A stretch of DNA of 64,000 nucleotides, taken from assembly GCF_002087085.1 (NCBI RefSeq), contig NZ_MWQY01000003.1, positions 1-64,000 of the forward strand, given 5' to 3'. This document shows, one piece after another, positions 32,645 to 41,990 of this stretch. Position numbers and translations under genes: made by a program. The notes beneath the pieces are model-generated. The model was not told the DNA's origin and searched no databases. It saw only the letters and a program-made list of their open reading frames with translations. How positions within the stretch are numbered: position 1 is the stretch's first letter; every line of letters starts with the position of its first letter.

Positions 32645-35600
32645 GTACAGCCTCCATTTGTTCGGCTTTCTGTTCTTCCAGTACCCGCTTATAGTCCCGG
32701 GGCATGACTTTTCTGAAATTCTTCAGGCAACTTTCCCATTCCTCCAGAACCCTGATGGCGAGGTCGGATCCGGTATATTCACAGTGCTGTTCCAGCATTC
32801 CCCGCAGATATTCGGTATCGTCCTTATCGAGGTCGTCCAGATCCACAAGCTCCCGGTTTATCCGTTCATCCAGCTCCATACGGGGGTCATAGACGTAGGC
32901 TATTCCTCCGCTCATGCCGGCGGCGAAGTTCCTCCCCACCGATCCCAGGATGACGGCACGACCGCCGGTCATATACTCGCAGCCGTGATCTCCCACACCT
33001 TCGATTACCACCTGGGCTCCGGAATTCCGCACGCAGAAACGCTCGGCGGCCCGTCCTCGAATAAAGGCGCTACCGCCGGTTGCCCCGTAAAAGGCGACAT
33101 TACCGATGATTATGTTCTCCTCTGCCGAAAATAGACTCTCTTCAGGGGGATGAATAACCAGGGTTCCTCCGGACAGTCCTTTTCCGACGTAGTCGTTGGC
33201 ATCGCCCTCGAGGCTGAAGTTAACCCCCTTCGCAAGCCAGGCGCCAAAACTCTGCCCCGCGCTGCCTTTGAAGTTAACCGCAAGGCGGGTCTTCGGAAGT
33301 CCGTCGTTACCGTAGCGTGAGGCGATGGCATTGCTGAGGATTGTTCCCACGGTGCGGTCCGTATTGGTTATGGGATAACTCAGAACCAGGGAACTCCTGC
33401 CGTCCAGGACATCCTCTGAATCTTCCAGAATACGCCGGTCAAGGACGAACTCCAGGCCGTGGTCCTGCTTCCGGGTACAGTATACGTCTGCCTCCGGATA
33501 GGGCTTGCGGGCGGACATCAGCAGGGGCGCCAGATTCAGCCCCTGGTCCTTCCAGTTCAGTACCTCCGGATCGGCCTCCAGCATATCCGTATGCCCGATC
33601 ATATCGTCCAGCCGGGTAAAACCCAGGGAGGCCATGACCTCTCTCACCTTTTCCGCGAGATAGGTGAAATAGGTTACCACGTCTTCCGGACTTCCGCGGA
33701 ACTTTACCCGGAGTCTGGGGTCCTGGGTGGCGATACCCACGGGACAGGTGTTCTTGTGACATTTGCGCATCATGATGCATCCCATGGTCACCAGGGCGGC
33801 GGTGGCGACGCCGAATTCCTCGGCCCCCAGCAGGGCTGCGATGACGACATCCCGGCCGGTCTTGAGCTGTCCGTCGGTCTGGAGCACCACCCGGCTCCTC
33901 AGGTCGTTCATAACAAGGGTCTGATGGGTCTCAGCGAGCCCGAGCTCCCAGGGAAGCCCCGCGTTTTTGATGCCCGTCAAGGGGGAAGCACCGGTTCCGC
34001 CGTCGTGGCCGGAAATGAGGATATGGTCCGCGTGTCCCTTGGCGACCCCCGCGGCGATGGTACCTACGCCCACCTCCGAGACGAGTTTGACGCTTATCCG
34101 GGCCTTTTCGTTGGCGTTTTTCAGATCATAGATAAGCTGGGCCAGGTCCTCGATGGAATAGATATCGTGGTGAGGCGGCGGACTGATAAGTCCCACCCCC
34201 GGGGTTGAGTACCGGGTTTTTGCGATAAAGTCGAAGACCTTGTGACCCGGAAGCTCTCCCCCTTCGCCGGGCTTTGCCCCCTGGGCCATCTTTATCTGGA
34301 TTTCGTCGGAGTTTGCCAGATATTCGATGGTCACCCCGAAGCGTCCCGAGGCGACCTGCTTGATGGCAGACCTCTTTGAATCACCGTTGGGCAGGGGTTT
34401 GAAACGCTCCGGATCCTCTCCTCCTTCGCCGGTGTTCGACTTTCCGCCGATGCGGTTCATGGCGATGGCCAGGGTTTCGTGGGCTTCCCGGGAAATCGAG
34501 CCGTAACTCATGGCCCCGGTTACAAAGCGCTTCATGATGTTTTCTGCGGGTTCAACCTTTTCAAGGGGTACCGACTCAGCCTTTTTGAAGCGCAGCATAC
34601 CCCTCAGGGTAGACTGCTGAGTTGAACGGGCATCCAGACGTTCGCAGAACTTGTCAAAAAGGTCCCGCCGTCTGTAACGGGTGGCTATCTGCAGGTTTGC
34701 AATGGATTCGGGGTCCCACATGTGCTTTTCCCCATCCGTCCTGAAGGCATAATCCCCGTTATTGAGAAAATCCTCCCATACCGGTGCGTTTCCTGAGGGG
34801 TAGGCGGTATCGTGACGCATCATAGTCTCCCGGGCAAGAACATCGAAGCCTGCGCCTTCGATGCGCGACGCAGTTCCGGCAAAACAGCGTTCCACTACCG
34901 GCGAAGCGAGGCCCACGGCCTCGAAGATCTGGGCCCCCTTGTAGCTCTTCAGGGTTGAGATTCCCATCTTGCCGAAAACCTTCCTCATTCCCTTGGCCAG
35001 GGCTTCCCGGTAGTTTTCCACCAGCTCCTCCTCGGAGAAGCTGCCGTCCAGGTAGCCTTCGCTGTTCAGGTACGAGAGACTTTCCAGGGCAAGGTAGGGG
35101 TTTACCGCGTCAGCCCCGTAGCCCGTGAGAAGACAAAAATGGTGAACCTCCCGGGGTTCCCCGGTCTCCAGGACCATACCGATCTGGGCCCTTTTTGCCT
35201 GCCGCACCAGATGATGGTGCACCGCTCCCTGGGCAAGCAGCATACTGACGGGAACCCTGTCCCCGGAGGCTGCACGGTCGGAAAGAATGATCAGGGCGTA
35301 GCCTTCCCGGATGGCCTTTTCCGCTTCAGCGGTTATCCTGTCCAGCGTGGAGACTAGTCCGGCCTCCCCCTCTTCCCGGGGATAGGTTACGTCGATGCAC
35401 AGACTCCGCCAGCCGCGATGGTCCATATTCTTGAGGGCCAGGAGCTCCCGATTGCTCAAAACCGGCATGGGTACATGCAGACGATGGGCGTGGGACTCTT
35501 CCACGGACAGCAGGTTTCCCTCGGGACCGATAAAGGAGTCCAGGGACATGATTATCTCTTCCCGGATTGAATCGATGGGAGGATTGGTGACCTGGGCAAA

Positions 35601-37172
35601 GAGCTGCTTGAAATAATCGTAGATCAGTCTGGAACGGGATGAGAGTACCGCCAAAGGGGAATCATTCCCCATGGACCCCAGGGGCTCCTTATGGTCCTCC
35701 GCCATGGGCTTGAGGATCACCTGAAGATGCTCAATGGTGTAACCGAAGAGCTTGAGCCGCCGGGTAATATCCGCCGCATCGAGGCCGGGTTGCTTTTGGG
35801 GTGCGGGCAGCTCTGAAAGGGAGATCTTCTGCCTGTCCAGCCACTCCCGGTACGGGCGCTTACCGCTTATTCTCGATTTCACCTCTTCGTCGTCGACGAT
35901 ACGGCCTGCTTCAAAATCGACGAGAAACATCCTTCCCGGCTCCAGGCGTCCCTTCAGGACAACCGTCTCCGGAGGTACGGGAAGAACACCCACCTCGCTG
36001 GCCATGATGACCAGGTCGTCCTGGGTAACGTAGTAGCGGGAAGGCCGCAGACCATTGCGGTCAAGAACCGCACCGATTACCCTTCCGTCGGTAAAGGATA
36101 TGGAAGCGGGACCGTCCCAGGGTTCCATGATACAGGAGTTGTACTCGTAAAATGCCTTTTTCTGGTCTCCCATCTGACCGTGATTCTCCCAGGCCTCGGG
36201 AATCATCATCATGACCGACTCTTCCAGGGCGCGGCCGTCCAGGTAGAGCAGCTCCAGTACGTTGTCAAAGGTCCCGGAGTCCGAGAGGTCCGGTTCGATA
36301 ACGGGAAAACTTTCCTGAAGGACAGGACCGAAGCTGTCGCTTTGCAGGGTTCCTTCCCGGGACCGCATTTTGTTTATGTTTCCCCTCAGGGTGTTGATCT
36401 CTCCGTTATGGCTCATATAACGCAGGGGTTGTGCCCGGTCCCAGCTGGGGAAGGTATTGGTGGAGAAACGGGAATGGACCATGGCCAGGTGGCTCCTGTA
36501 GTCCGGGTCACGCAGATCCGGAAAATACCGGGGCAGCTGTTCAGGGGTAAGCATTCCCTTGTAAACAAGGATCTTTGTGGAAAGACTGCAGACGTAGAGG
36601 TAATGATCGGGATCGTACTCTCCACCCCGCATGGAGTTGATCAGTTTTTTACGCAGGATATAGAGATCCCTGTCAAAGGATTCCTGATCGGAGTCCTCCC
36701 TGCGGGCGATAAAGACCTGCTCCATCCAGGGTTCACAGGCCAGGGCGCTGGGCCCTATCATGCTGTTGTCCCTGGGGACCGTTCTCCAGCCCAGGAGGGT
36801 ATGTCCCAACTCTTCGCAGAGATCAGCGGTCTTTTGCCGAATCACTTTGCGGGAATCTTCCCTTTCCGGTAGAAATACAAGTCCCACGGCATAAGAACCG
36901 CGTTCAGGGAGCCTGGTACCGAGATCTTCTTCGGCTACCCGTTCCAGGAACTTCCAGGGAACCGCTGTCAAAATGCCGGCACCATCGCCGGTATTTACTT
37001 CGCTGCCCACCGCGCCGCGATGGGTCATATTGATGAGGATCTCCTCCGCATTACTGATAATCGAATGGCTGGCCTGTCCTTTCATGTGGGCCACGAATCC
37101 GACACCGCAGTTTTCATGTTCAAACTCGGGACGATACAGGCCGATTGGCCCGGGTCTCTTTTTCAGGTGCAT
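32637..37172 (-). CDS. gltB: Glutamate synthase large subunit
   Basis: EHENCGVGF, HSRFSTNT, HNGEINT, QVASGRFGV, KMAQGAKPGEGG, CIMMRKCHKNTCPVG. Confidence 0.99.
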   Translation of the reverse strand: MHLKKRPGPIGLYRPEFEHENCGVGFVAHMKGQASHSIISNAEEILINMTHRGAVGSEVNTGDGAGILTAVPWKFLERVAEEDLGTRLPERGSYAVGLVFLPEREDSRKVIRQKTADLCEELGHTLLGWRTVPRDNSMIGPSALACEPWMEQVFIARREDSDQESFDRDLYILRKKLINSMRGGEYDPDHYLYVCSLSTKILVYKGMLTPEQLPRYFPDLRDPDYRSHLAMVHSRFSTNTFPSWDRAQPLRYMSHNGEINTLRGNINKMRSREGTLQSDSFGPVLQESFPVIEPDLSDSGTFDNVLELLYLDGRALEESVMMMIPEAWENHGQMGDQKKAFYEYNSCIMEPWDGPASISFTDGRVIGAVLDRNGLRPSRYYVTQDDLVIMASEVGVLPVPPETVVLKGRLEPGRMFLVDFEAGRIVDDEEVKSRISGKRPYREWLDRQKISLSELPAPQKQPGLDAADITRRLKLFGYTIEHLQVILKPMAEDHKEPLGSMGNDSPLAVLSSRSRLIYDYFKQLFAQVTNPPIDSIREEIIMSLDSFIGPEGNLLSVEESHAHRLHVPMPVLSNRELLALKNMDHRGWRSLCIDVTYPREEGEAGLVSTLDRITAEAEKAIREGYALIILSDRAASGDRVPVSMLLAQGAVHHHLVRQAKRAQIGMVLETGEPREVHHFCLLTGYGADAVNPYLALESLSYLNSEGYLDGSFSEEELVENYREALAKGMRKVFGKMGISTLKSYKGAQIFEAVGLASPVVERCFAGTASRIEGAGFDVLARETMMRHDTAYPSGNAPVWEDFLNNGDYAFRTDGEKHMWDPESIANLQIATRYRRRDLFDKFCERLDARSTQQSTLRGMLRFKKAESVPLEKVEPAENIMKRFVTGAMSYGSISREAHETLAIAMNRIGGKSNTGEGGEDPERFKPLPNGDSKRSAIKQVASGRFGVTIEYLANSDEIQIKMAQGAKPGEGGELPGHKVFDFIAKTRYSTPGVGLISPPPHHDIYSIEDLAQLIYDLKNANEKARISVKLVSEVGVGTIAAGVAKGHADHILISGHDGGTGASPLTGIKNAGLPWELGLAETHQTLVMNDLRSRVVLQTDGQLKTGRDVVIAALLGAEEFGVATAALVTMGCIMMRKCHKNTCPVGIATQDPRLRVKFRGSPEDVVTYFTYLAEKVREVMASLGFTRLDDMIGHTDMLEADPEVLNWKDQGLNLAPLLMSARKPYPEADVYCTRKQDHGLEFVLDRRILEDSEDVLDGRSSLVLSYPITNTDRTVGTILSNAIASRYGNDGLPKTRLAVNFKGSAGQSFGAWLAKGVNFSLEGDANDYVGKGLSGGTLVIHPPEESLFSAEENIIIGNVAFYGATGGSAFIRGRAAERFCVRNSGAQVVIEGVGDHGCEYMTGGRAVILGSVGRNFAAGMSGGIAYVYDPRMELDERINRELVDLDDLDKDDTEYLRGMLEQHCEYTGSDLAIRVLEEWESCLKNFRKVMPRDYKRVLEEQKAEQMEAVHG

Positions 37173-37205
37173 AGAACCTCCAGGAGAGTATGGCTAAGTT
37201 AAATA

Positions 37206-37221
37206 TGCAAGATTCATGCCA
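37206..37221 (-). promoter_or_regulatory. sigma54 (-24/-12) promoter for gltBD
   Basis: Minus strand TGGCATGAATCTTGCA (GG-N10-GC), 33 nt upstream of the ATG; GGAGG SD in between. Confidence 0.75.
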
Positions 37222-37381
37222 CACATGGTCCTGAAGACACACAGAGAAAAAAGAGATTAATAATTGACTGAGGATTACCGTATATCTTGTTGCACTACAG
37301 ATACTTACACTACCCCTCCCCAGTCCCTGCAAAACACGAAAATATTGAAAGCGGGGAATCCGGGAGGGAGAAACATGCAAG

Positions 37382-37431
37382 TCCTACTTTTTCGTAGTGC
37401 TCACGGCGGCAGAGACTACGAAAAAGTAGGA
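37382..37431. terminator. Long inverted repeat immediately after the argS stop
   Basis: tcctactttttcgtagt (37382-37398) pairs perfectly with actacgaaaaagtagga (37415-37431); no clean U-tract after the stem. Confidence 0.55.
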
Positions 37432-37437
37432 AGGTCA

Positions 37438-39210
37438 TTACATTTTTTCCACGAAGGGAATGTTCAACAGGTACATACCGTTTTTCAGCACACAGAGTAC
37501 AGCGGAAGCCAGGGCAAGACGGCTCACGGCGGTCTCCTTTTCGCTGCCGGTCAGAATGGGAGTCTCATGGTAATACCGGGAAAAGGTCCTGGCAAGTTCG
37601 TACAGGTAAGAGGCCAGAAGGGATGGATTATACTGGTCCGCCGCTGCTGCGATTACTGAAGAGAAATCGGAACAGAGCTTGATGAGTTCCCGTTCTTCCG
37701 GGGTATTAAGCAGCTCGGGCTTCGCCTCAATTCCTGTAAACTCATCCCGGCGCTCCTGAAATTTCCTCCTCATTGAAGAGATGCGGGCTCCCATGTACTG
37801 CAGGTAGGGACCGGTATTTCCGTTGAAAGAGAGAGACTCCTTCGGGTTGAATATCATGTCCTTGTTGGGAGAGACCTGCAGAAGATAGTAGTGCAGTGCA
37901 GCCAGTGCGACCTTGCGGGCGGTCTCATCCACCGATTCTACCTCGTCCTCCCGTTCTTTCTCCCGGATTTCCGCCTCCGCCATGGAGGTCAGTTCCCGGA
38001 TCAGATCGTCCGCATCTACCACAGTGCCTTCCCGGGACTTCATCTTTCCTTCCGGCAGATTAACCATACCGTAGGAGAGATGATACAGGTTTTCAGCCCA
38101 TTCGAAACCGAGTTTAGTCAGCACATGGAAAAGCACCCGGAAGTGGTACTGCTGCTCGCTTCCCACAACGTAAACCAGACGGGTAAAATGCCAGTCCTTC
38201 TGGCGCTGGATGGCGGTTCCGATATCCTGCGTCAGGTAGAGGGAGGTTCCATCGCTGCGGAGGAGCACCTTTTTGTCCAGTCCGATCTCTTCAAGATCGA
38301 CCCAGATGGATCCGTCCTCTTCCTTATAAAAGACTCCCCTCTCCAGTCCTTTCAGGATCTCGTCCTTGCCCAGACTGTAGGTCTGACTTTCGTAGTAGAT
38401 CTGGTCGAAACTGATTCCCGTAGCCTCATAGGTCTCTTCTATTCCCTCGATAGCCCAGCGGTTCATCAGTCTCCAGAGGCTGTTTACCTCGGGATCGTTC
38501 TTCTCCCAGGCCACCAGCATTGACCGGGCATCTTCCTCCGCCCGGGGATTCTCTTTGGCCCACTGATTGAATTTAACGTAGTAGTCTCCCACGAAGTGAT
38601 CGCTTTTTTTACCCGTCGATTCAGGAGTTGATCCGTCGCCGAACTCCCGGTAGGCGAGCATGGATTTACATATATGTATGCCCCGGTCATTGATAAGGTT
38701 TACCTTGCGCACATCCGCTCCGGCGGCCCGAAGAATCCGTGAGATACTCTCCCCCAGGGCATCGTTTCTCAGATGGCCCAGATGGAGGGGTTTGTTGGTA
38801 TTGGGACAGGAGAATTCCACCATAACGGGCACTCCCTTCAAATGTCCGCTGGAGCCGTATGCCTCCGGCAGATCCCGGGTGGCAGCAAGAAGCTCCGCTG
38901 CGATGTTTCCCACACCGATAACGACATTGACATAGGGTCCGGCGGTTCTGACTTCTCCGGAAAGATCGTCACGATTTCGAAGCCCCTGGGCAAGTTCTTC
39001 CGCCAGGGCCTGGGGAGAAGTCCGGAATACCTTTGCGAAAGGGAACAAAGGAAAGGCAATGTCCCCCATTTCACTCTTCGGCGGCACTCCCGGAACAAGG
39101 TCCTTTTCTTTCAGCGCCGCGGGGTCATCTCCCCGGCGGTCGGCAAGGGCACAGAGCTCCTCAAAGACCGCCTTTTTCCAGTTTTCCCGTACTGCCTCAA
39201 TTCCTGTCAT
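37438..39210 (-). CDS. argS: Arginine-tRNA ligase
   Basis: EFSCPNTNKPLHLGHLRN (HIGH-like), KMKSREG, GNTGPYLQY, DALR-type C-terminus. Confidence 0.98.
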   Translation of the reverse strand: MTGIEAVRENWKKAVFEELCALADRRGDDPAALKEKDLVPGVPPKSEMGDIAFPLFPFAKVFRTSPQALAEELAQGLRNRDDLSGEVRTAGPYVNVVIGVGNIAAELLAATRDLPEAYGSSGHLKGVPVMVEFSCPNTNKPLHLGHLRNDALGESISRILRAAGADVRKVNLINDRGIHICKSMLAYREFGDGSTPESTGKKSDHFVGDYYVKFNQWAKENPRAEEDARSMLVAWEKNDPEVNSLWRLMNRWAIEGIEETYEATGISFDQIYYESQTYSLGKDEILKGLERGVFYKEEDGSIWVDLEEIGLDKKVLLRSDGTSLYLTQDIGTAIQRQKDWHFTRLVYVVGSEQQYHFRVLFHVLTKLGFEWAENLYHLSYGMVNLPEGKMKSREGTVVDADDLIRELTSMAEAEIREKEREDEVESVDETARKVALAALHYYLLQVSPNKDMIFNPKESLSFNGNTGPYLQYMGARISSMRRKFQERRDEFTGIEAKPELLNTPEERELIKLCSDFSSVIAAAADQYNPSLLASYLYELARTFSRYYHETPILTGSEKETAVSRLALASAVLCVLKNGMYLLNIPFVEKM

Positions 39211-39246
39211 GAAAACCTCTTGAATCGGTGTGGAATGCTTAGAAAT

Positions 39247-39987
39247 CTATTGAAAATAACCAATCAGTGCAAGCATGGAGCTGAACTTTTGCGGACCCTG
39301 CCGACGGAAGGAACCGAACTCCGGGTTGCAGCAGGTGCAGGGATTGTAATAATACACAGACGTGACTTCAAGCTTTTCAGCAATACCAAGGTTCGCCTGC
39401 AGAAGAGAAAGAAAATAATGCCCTTCTTCTTCCCTGACAGCTCTGCCGCCGAAGGACGCCCGGAACAGATTATACCGTTCCCGGTCGACCTGGTAACAGC
39501 AATCAGCTATGGAGGGACCCAGAAAAACTGTGATCTCCTCTTTTCGTTCCCGGGGAGAATAACGAAGAAGGGCTTCCGCGAGGATTCCAGTCCCTTTCCA
39601 GCCGGAATGAAGCAGTATAATCTCTCCGATTTTTCTGTGCCATATATATACGGGCATGCAGTCAGCGACGGTCGCCGAAAGGAATCCCGGCCCCCGGGGC
39701 ATGCGAAGACCGTCCCCGGTCTGAACAGGGGGATTCCGCAGTGTCTTATCAGATACAGGATTCACGAGCTTTGTATGCTGCTGCAGCTGGGCGTGGACGG
39801 GCACCTCTATTCCAAGATTATCGTACAGGCGCTGCCGGTGTTCCGGCCCCCGGGAATCTTTCCAGCTCATGGAACCGGCTTCCACGGTGCTGAGGGCAAG
39901 AAAGGGAGCGTCATCACCATCCGAGAGCAGTCGGAACTCAATGTGGTCCCGGTTTCTGAGGACCGAGGATTCAGGAAGACCGGGCAT
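39247..39987 (-). CDS. pgeF: YfiH/PgeF (laccase-domain, purine nucleoside phosphorylase) family protein
   Basis: QQH, ADCMPV, HSGWKGT, LGPSI..CCYQV, CTCC..SFRR. Confidence 0.85.
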   Translation of the reverse strand: MPGLPESSVLRNRDHIEFRLLSDGDDAPFLALSTVEAGSMSWKDSRGPEHRQRLYDNLGIEVPVHAQLQQHTKLVNPVSDKTLRNPPVQTGDGLRMPRGPGFLSATVADCMPVYIWHRKIGEIILLHSGWKGTGILAEALLRYSPRERKEEITVFLGPSIADCCYQVDRERYNLFRASFGGRAVREEEGHYFLSLLQANLGIAEKLEVTSVYYYNPCTCCNPEFGSFRRQGPQKFSSMLALIGYFQ

Positions 39988-41692
39988 AATTTTCTTCCAG
40001 GCTTATCATGTCCGCAAGAATCCTGCGTCCTTCGGAGACAATATGTGACACGGATCCAAGCTCCTTTAAAAAGGCTTCGTTATTACGTCCGCCGATGTAC
40101 CCGAGGTTCGAAAGGGTATCGAAGCGTCCGCCTTTTTCCCCGTGGAGGATTCCCTCCAGTACGGAAGACAAAAGAGATATGTGTTCGAGACCGGTATTCA
40201 GAATGCGCCTGGCCCGCTTGTCCGCATCGACGGCCACTTTGGCGGCTTTTTTCTGCCGCAGGGTTTTGGACGGTACATCGGAAGCTATGGAGACAAGCAG
40301 CCTGCCACCCTCCCCGGCGGGTGCAAGATAATCACTGGGTTCGGATATGTTTTCCGCCAGCAGATGGAGACCATTGTAGGCTTCCGAATAGTCCTCGCTG
40401 TTCTGGGCCTTGTAGAACTCCCCGTCAATCAGCAGCTGTTTGAGCACAATGTTGATCTTTAACGAAAACAGGTGATCCAGGAATTGGGCCAGAAAGGCGA
40501 TCGAACCTTCATGAACAAAGTCCACGGGCACGGGGAGAACGCCCTCCTGATAATACGCCAGGGGCGTAAGTTTCTGTCTGCCGACCAGCAGTTTCGCCTG
40601 ATCCATGGTGCTCTCATATTCCCGGGAGAGCAGATAACGCCGGGCTTCCCCTTTCAGTTTCTGCTTCCAGAAGGAACGAAAAAGTCCGATCCATTCCTCA
40701 CCGGCGGATACGGGTTTCAGAAAAACATTGGCCTTTCCCGAGGCAAGACGAAGGATATCGTAGAGGGGAATGGATCGATAGAAATTCCGTATTCCCCTTA
40801 AGCCCTCGCTTGCCTGGGCTATCTCTTTTTTCAGGTCTTCCAGGACGGAACCGTGGTCGGCCTCCTCCTGGTCGGGCCGGGTCACGATAAAGAGAGATTC
40901 GATAAGGCCCGGCGAAGCGGAACAGTTCATGCTGTGGAAAATCCGCATCAACTGACTCAGGGGTTCCCGAATTTCAGCCGCCGGGCACCCTTCATCCTGC
41001 CCGGCAGCTGCATATTTATTCTTGATCTTTTCATAGGGAAAATAGACAAGTTCACTCAGAATCTGCAGACACCTCGAGTCCTGACTGAGCTTTGACTTTT
41101 CCTCGGGGGTCAATTCAAACAGAATATCTTCGAACTGATTATAGAGCAGCTTTGCCAGCTCCTTTTCGTCATCATTGTCCAATTCGGCGGCGAACTTTTC
41201 CGGGACGCAGGTATCCCGTATACGCTGATCGACATGGGGAAGATCCTGATTGATAATGAGGGCAAAGAGTTCTTCTTTTTTCTGAACGCTAAGACGCGAA
41301 AGAGGCAGCATGAAGACCTGCACCGCTTTTCGCAGCTTTTTTACTTCTTCCAGAAAAGCACCGCTCAGGGTACTTCGGGAATAATCGTAAAGCCCGGGAA
41401 AAGCGGAATCCACCTCATGGTAAATCCGGCGCATTACCGTATCTTCAATTACCTCAATCCTGGTAAGGGGAGTAAAAAGAGTCCTGAAAAAAACGATGAG
41501 CTTCTGGAAAAAGGTGAAGGAGCTGTATTCGCTCTCGAGATTAACCGTCTGGGGTTCATCTTCCAGGGCATGAACCGGTTCCGCTTCACTTTCGAGCATC
41601 TTCGTAAGGCGCACCAGCATGGCCTGGCGTTCTTCCCGGGATAATTCACGAACAAGACGATCGAAGCCGGATGTACCCTGCTCTGCACGCAT
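39971..41692 (-). CDS. Helical hypothetical protein, probably the spirochaete-conserved DUF5312-like family
   Basis: 573-aa uninterrupted ORF with its own promoter; FDRLVRELSREERQAML start and FDTLSNL C-terminus resemble that family (recalled, not searched). Confidence 0.65.
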   Translation of the reverse strand: MRAEQGTSGFDRLVRELSREERQAMLVRLTKMLESEAEPVHALEDEPQTVNLESEYSSFTFFQKLIVFFRTLFTPLTRIEVIEDTVMRRIYHEVDSAFPGLYDYSRSTLSGAFLEEVKKLRKAVQVFMLPLSRLSVQKKEELFALIINQDLPHVDQRIRDTCVPEKFAAELDNDDEKELAKLLYNQFEDILFELTPEEKSKLSQDSRCLQILSELVYFPYEKIKNKYAAAGQDEGCPAAEIREPLSQLMRIFHSMNCSASPGLIESLFIVTRPDQEEADHGSVLEDLKKEIAQASEGLRGIRNFYRSIPLYDILRLASGKANVFLKPVSAGEEWIGLFRSFWKQKLKGEARRYLLSREYESTMDQAKLLVGRQKLTPLAYYQEGVLPVPVDFVHEGSIAFLAQFLDHLFSLKINIVLKQLLIDGEFYKAQNSEDYSEAYNGLHLLAENISEPSDYLAPAGEGGRLLVSIASDVPSKTLRQKKAAKVAVDADKRARRILNTGLEHISLLSSVLEGILHGEKGGRFDTLSNLGYIGGRNNEAFLKELGSVSHIVSEGRRILADMISLEENYARSS

Positions 41693-41698
41693 GAGCTT

Positions 41699-41727
41699 AT
41701 TCTAGGTTATCTGGCTGGACTGGTCAA
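41699..41727 (-). promoter_or_regulatory. sigma70-type promoter, leaderless geometry
   Basis: TTGACC-17 bp-TAGAAT-6 nt-ATG (41692); no SD. Confidence 0.7.
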
Positions 41728-41762
41728 GTTCCGCATTTTTTGCCTTTTTTAAAACTTTTTCC

Positions 41763-41791
41763 TTGACAACCCCTGAACATTAGGGTATCTC
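41763..41791 (+). promoter_or_regulatory. sigma70-type promoter for the ilv leader/ilvBN-cimA
   Basis: TTGACA-17 bp-TATCTC-7 nt-ATG of the leader peptide; T-rich UP-like tract upstream. Confidence 0.6.
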
Positions 41792-41798
41792 ATTAACA

Positions 41799-41882
41799 AT
41801 GCTTTTTAATATTCTAAGCCTTATTATTATTCTCCCCATTATTCTGATTATCAGCCCTCAATCGCGGGGAGAATATGCCTAG
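41799..41882 (+). CDS. Attenuator leader peptide MLFNILSLIIILPIILIISPQSRGEYA (27 aa; 8 Ile, 5 Leu)
   Basis: Read from sequence (below the ORF-track cutoff); Ile/Leu codon cluster followed by alternative hairpins and a terminator before ilvB. Confidence 0.85.
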   Translation: MLFNILSLIIILPIILIISPQSRGEYA

Positions 41883-41903
41883 GGCTTTTCAATAGCCGAT
41901 AAC

Positions 41904-41941
41904 AGGCCGTTCTTCCTGCGGGAAGAACGGCCTTTTTTTTT
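41904..41941 (+). terminator. Attenuator terminator (3:4 hairpin)
   Basis: aggccgttcttcc-tgcg-ggaagaacggcct, a perfect 13-bp stem ending in a T9 run, 49 nt before the ilvB start. Confidence 0.92.
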
Positions 41942-41990
41942 CAGGGACCCAGAGCGACGGGTTTTCCCATCCGAGAGAAAGGAGCAGTGC

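Noticed and set aside
38773..40443. 556-aa plus-strand ORF spanning argS, pgeF and the 573-aa gene
   Set aside because: Antisense to three well-supported genes and has no domain motifs.
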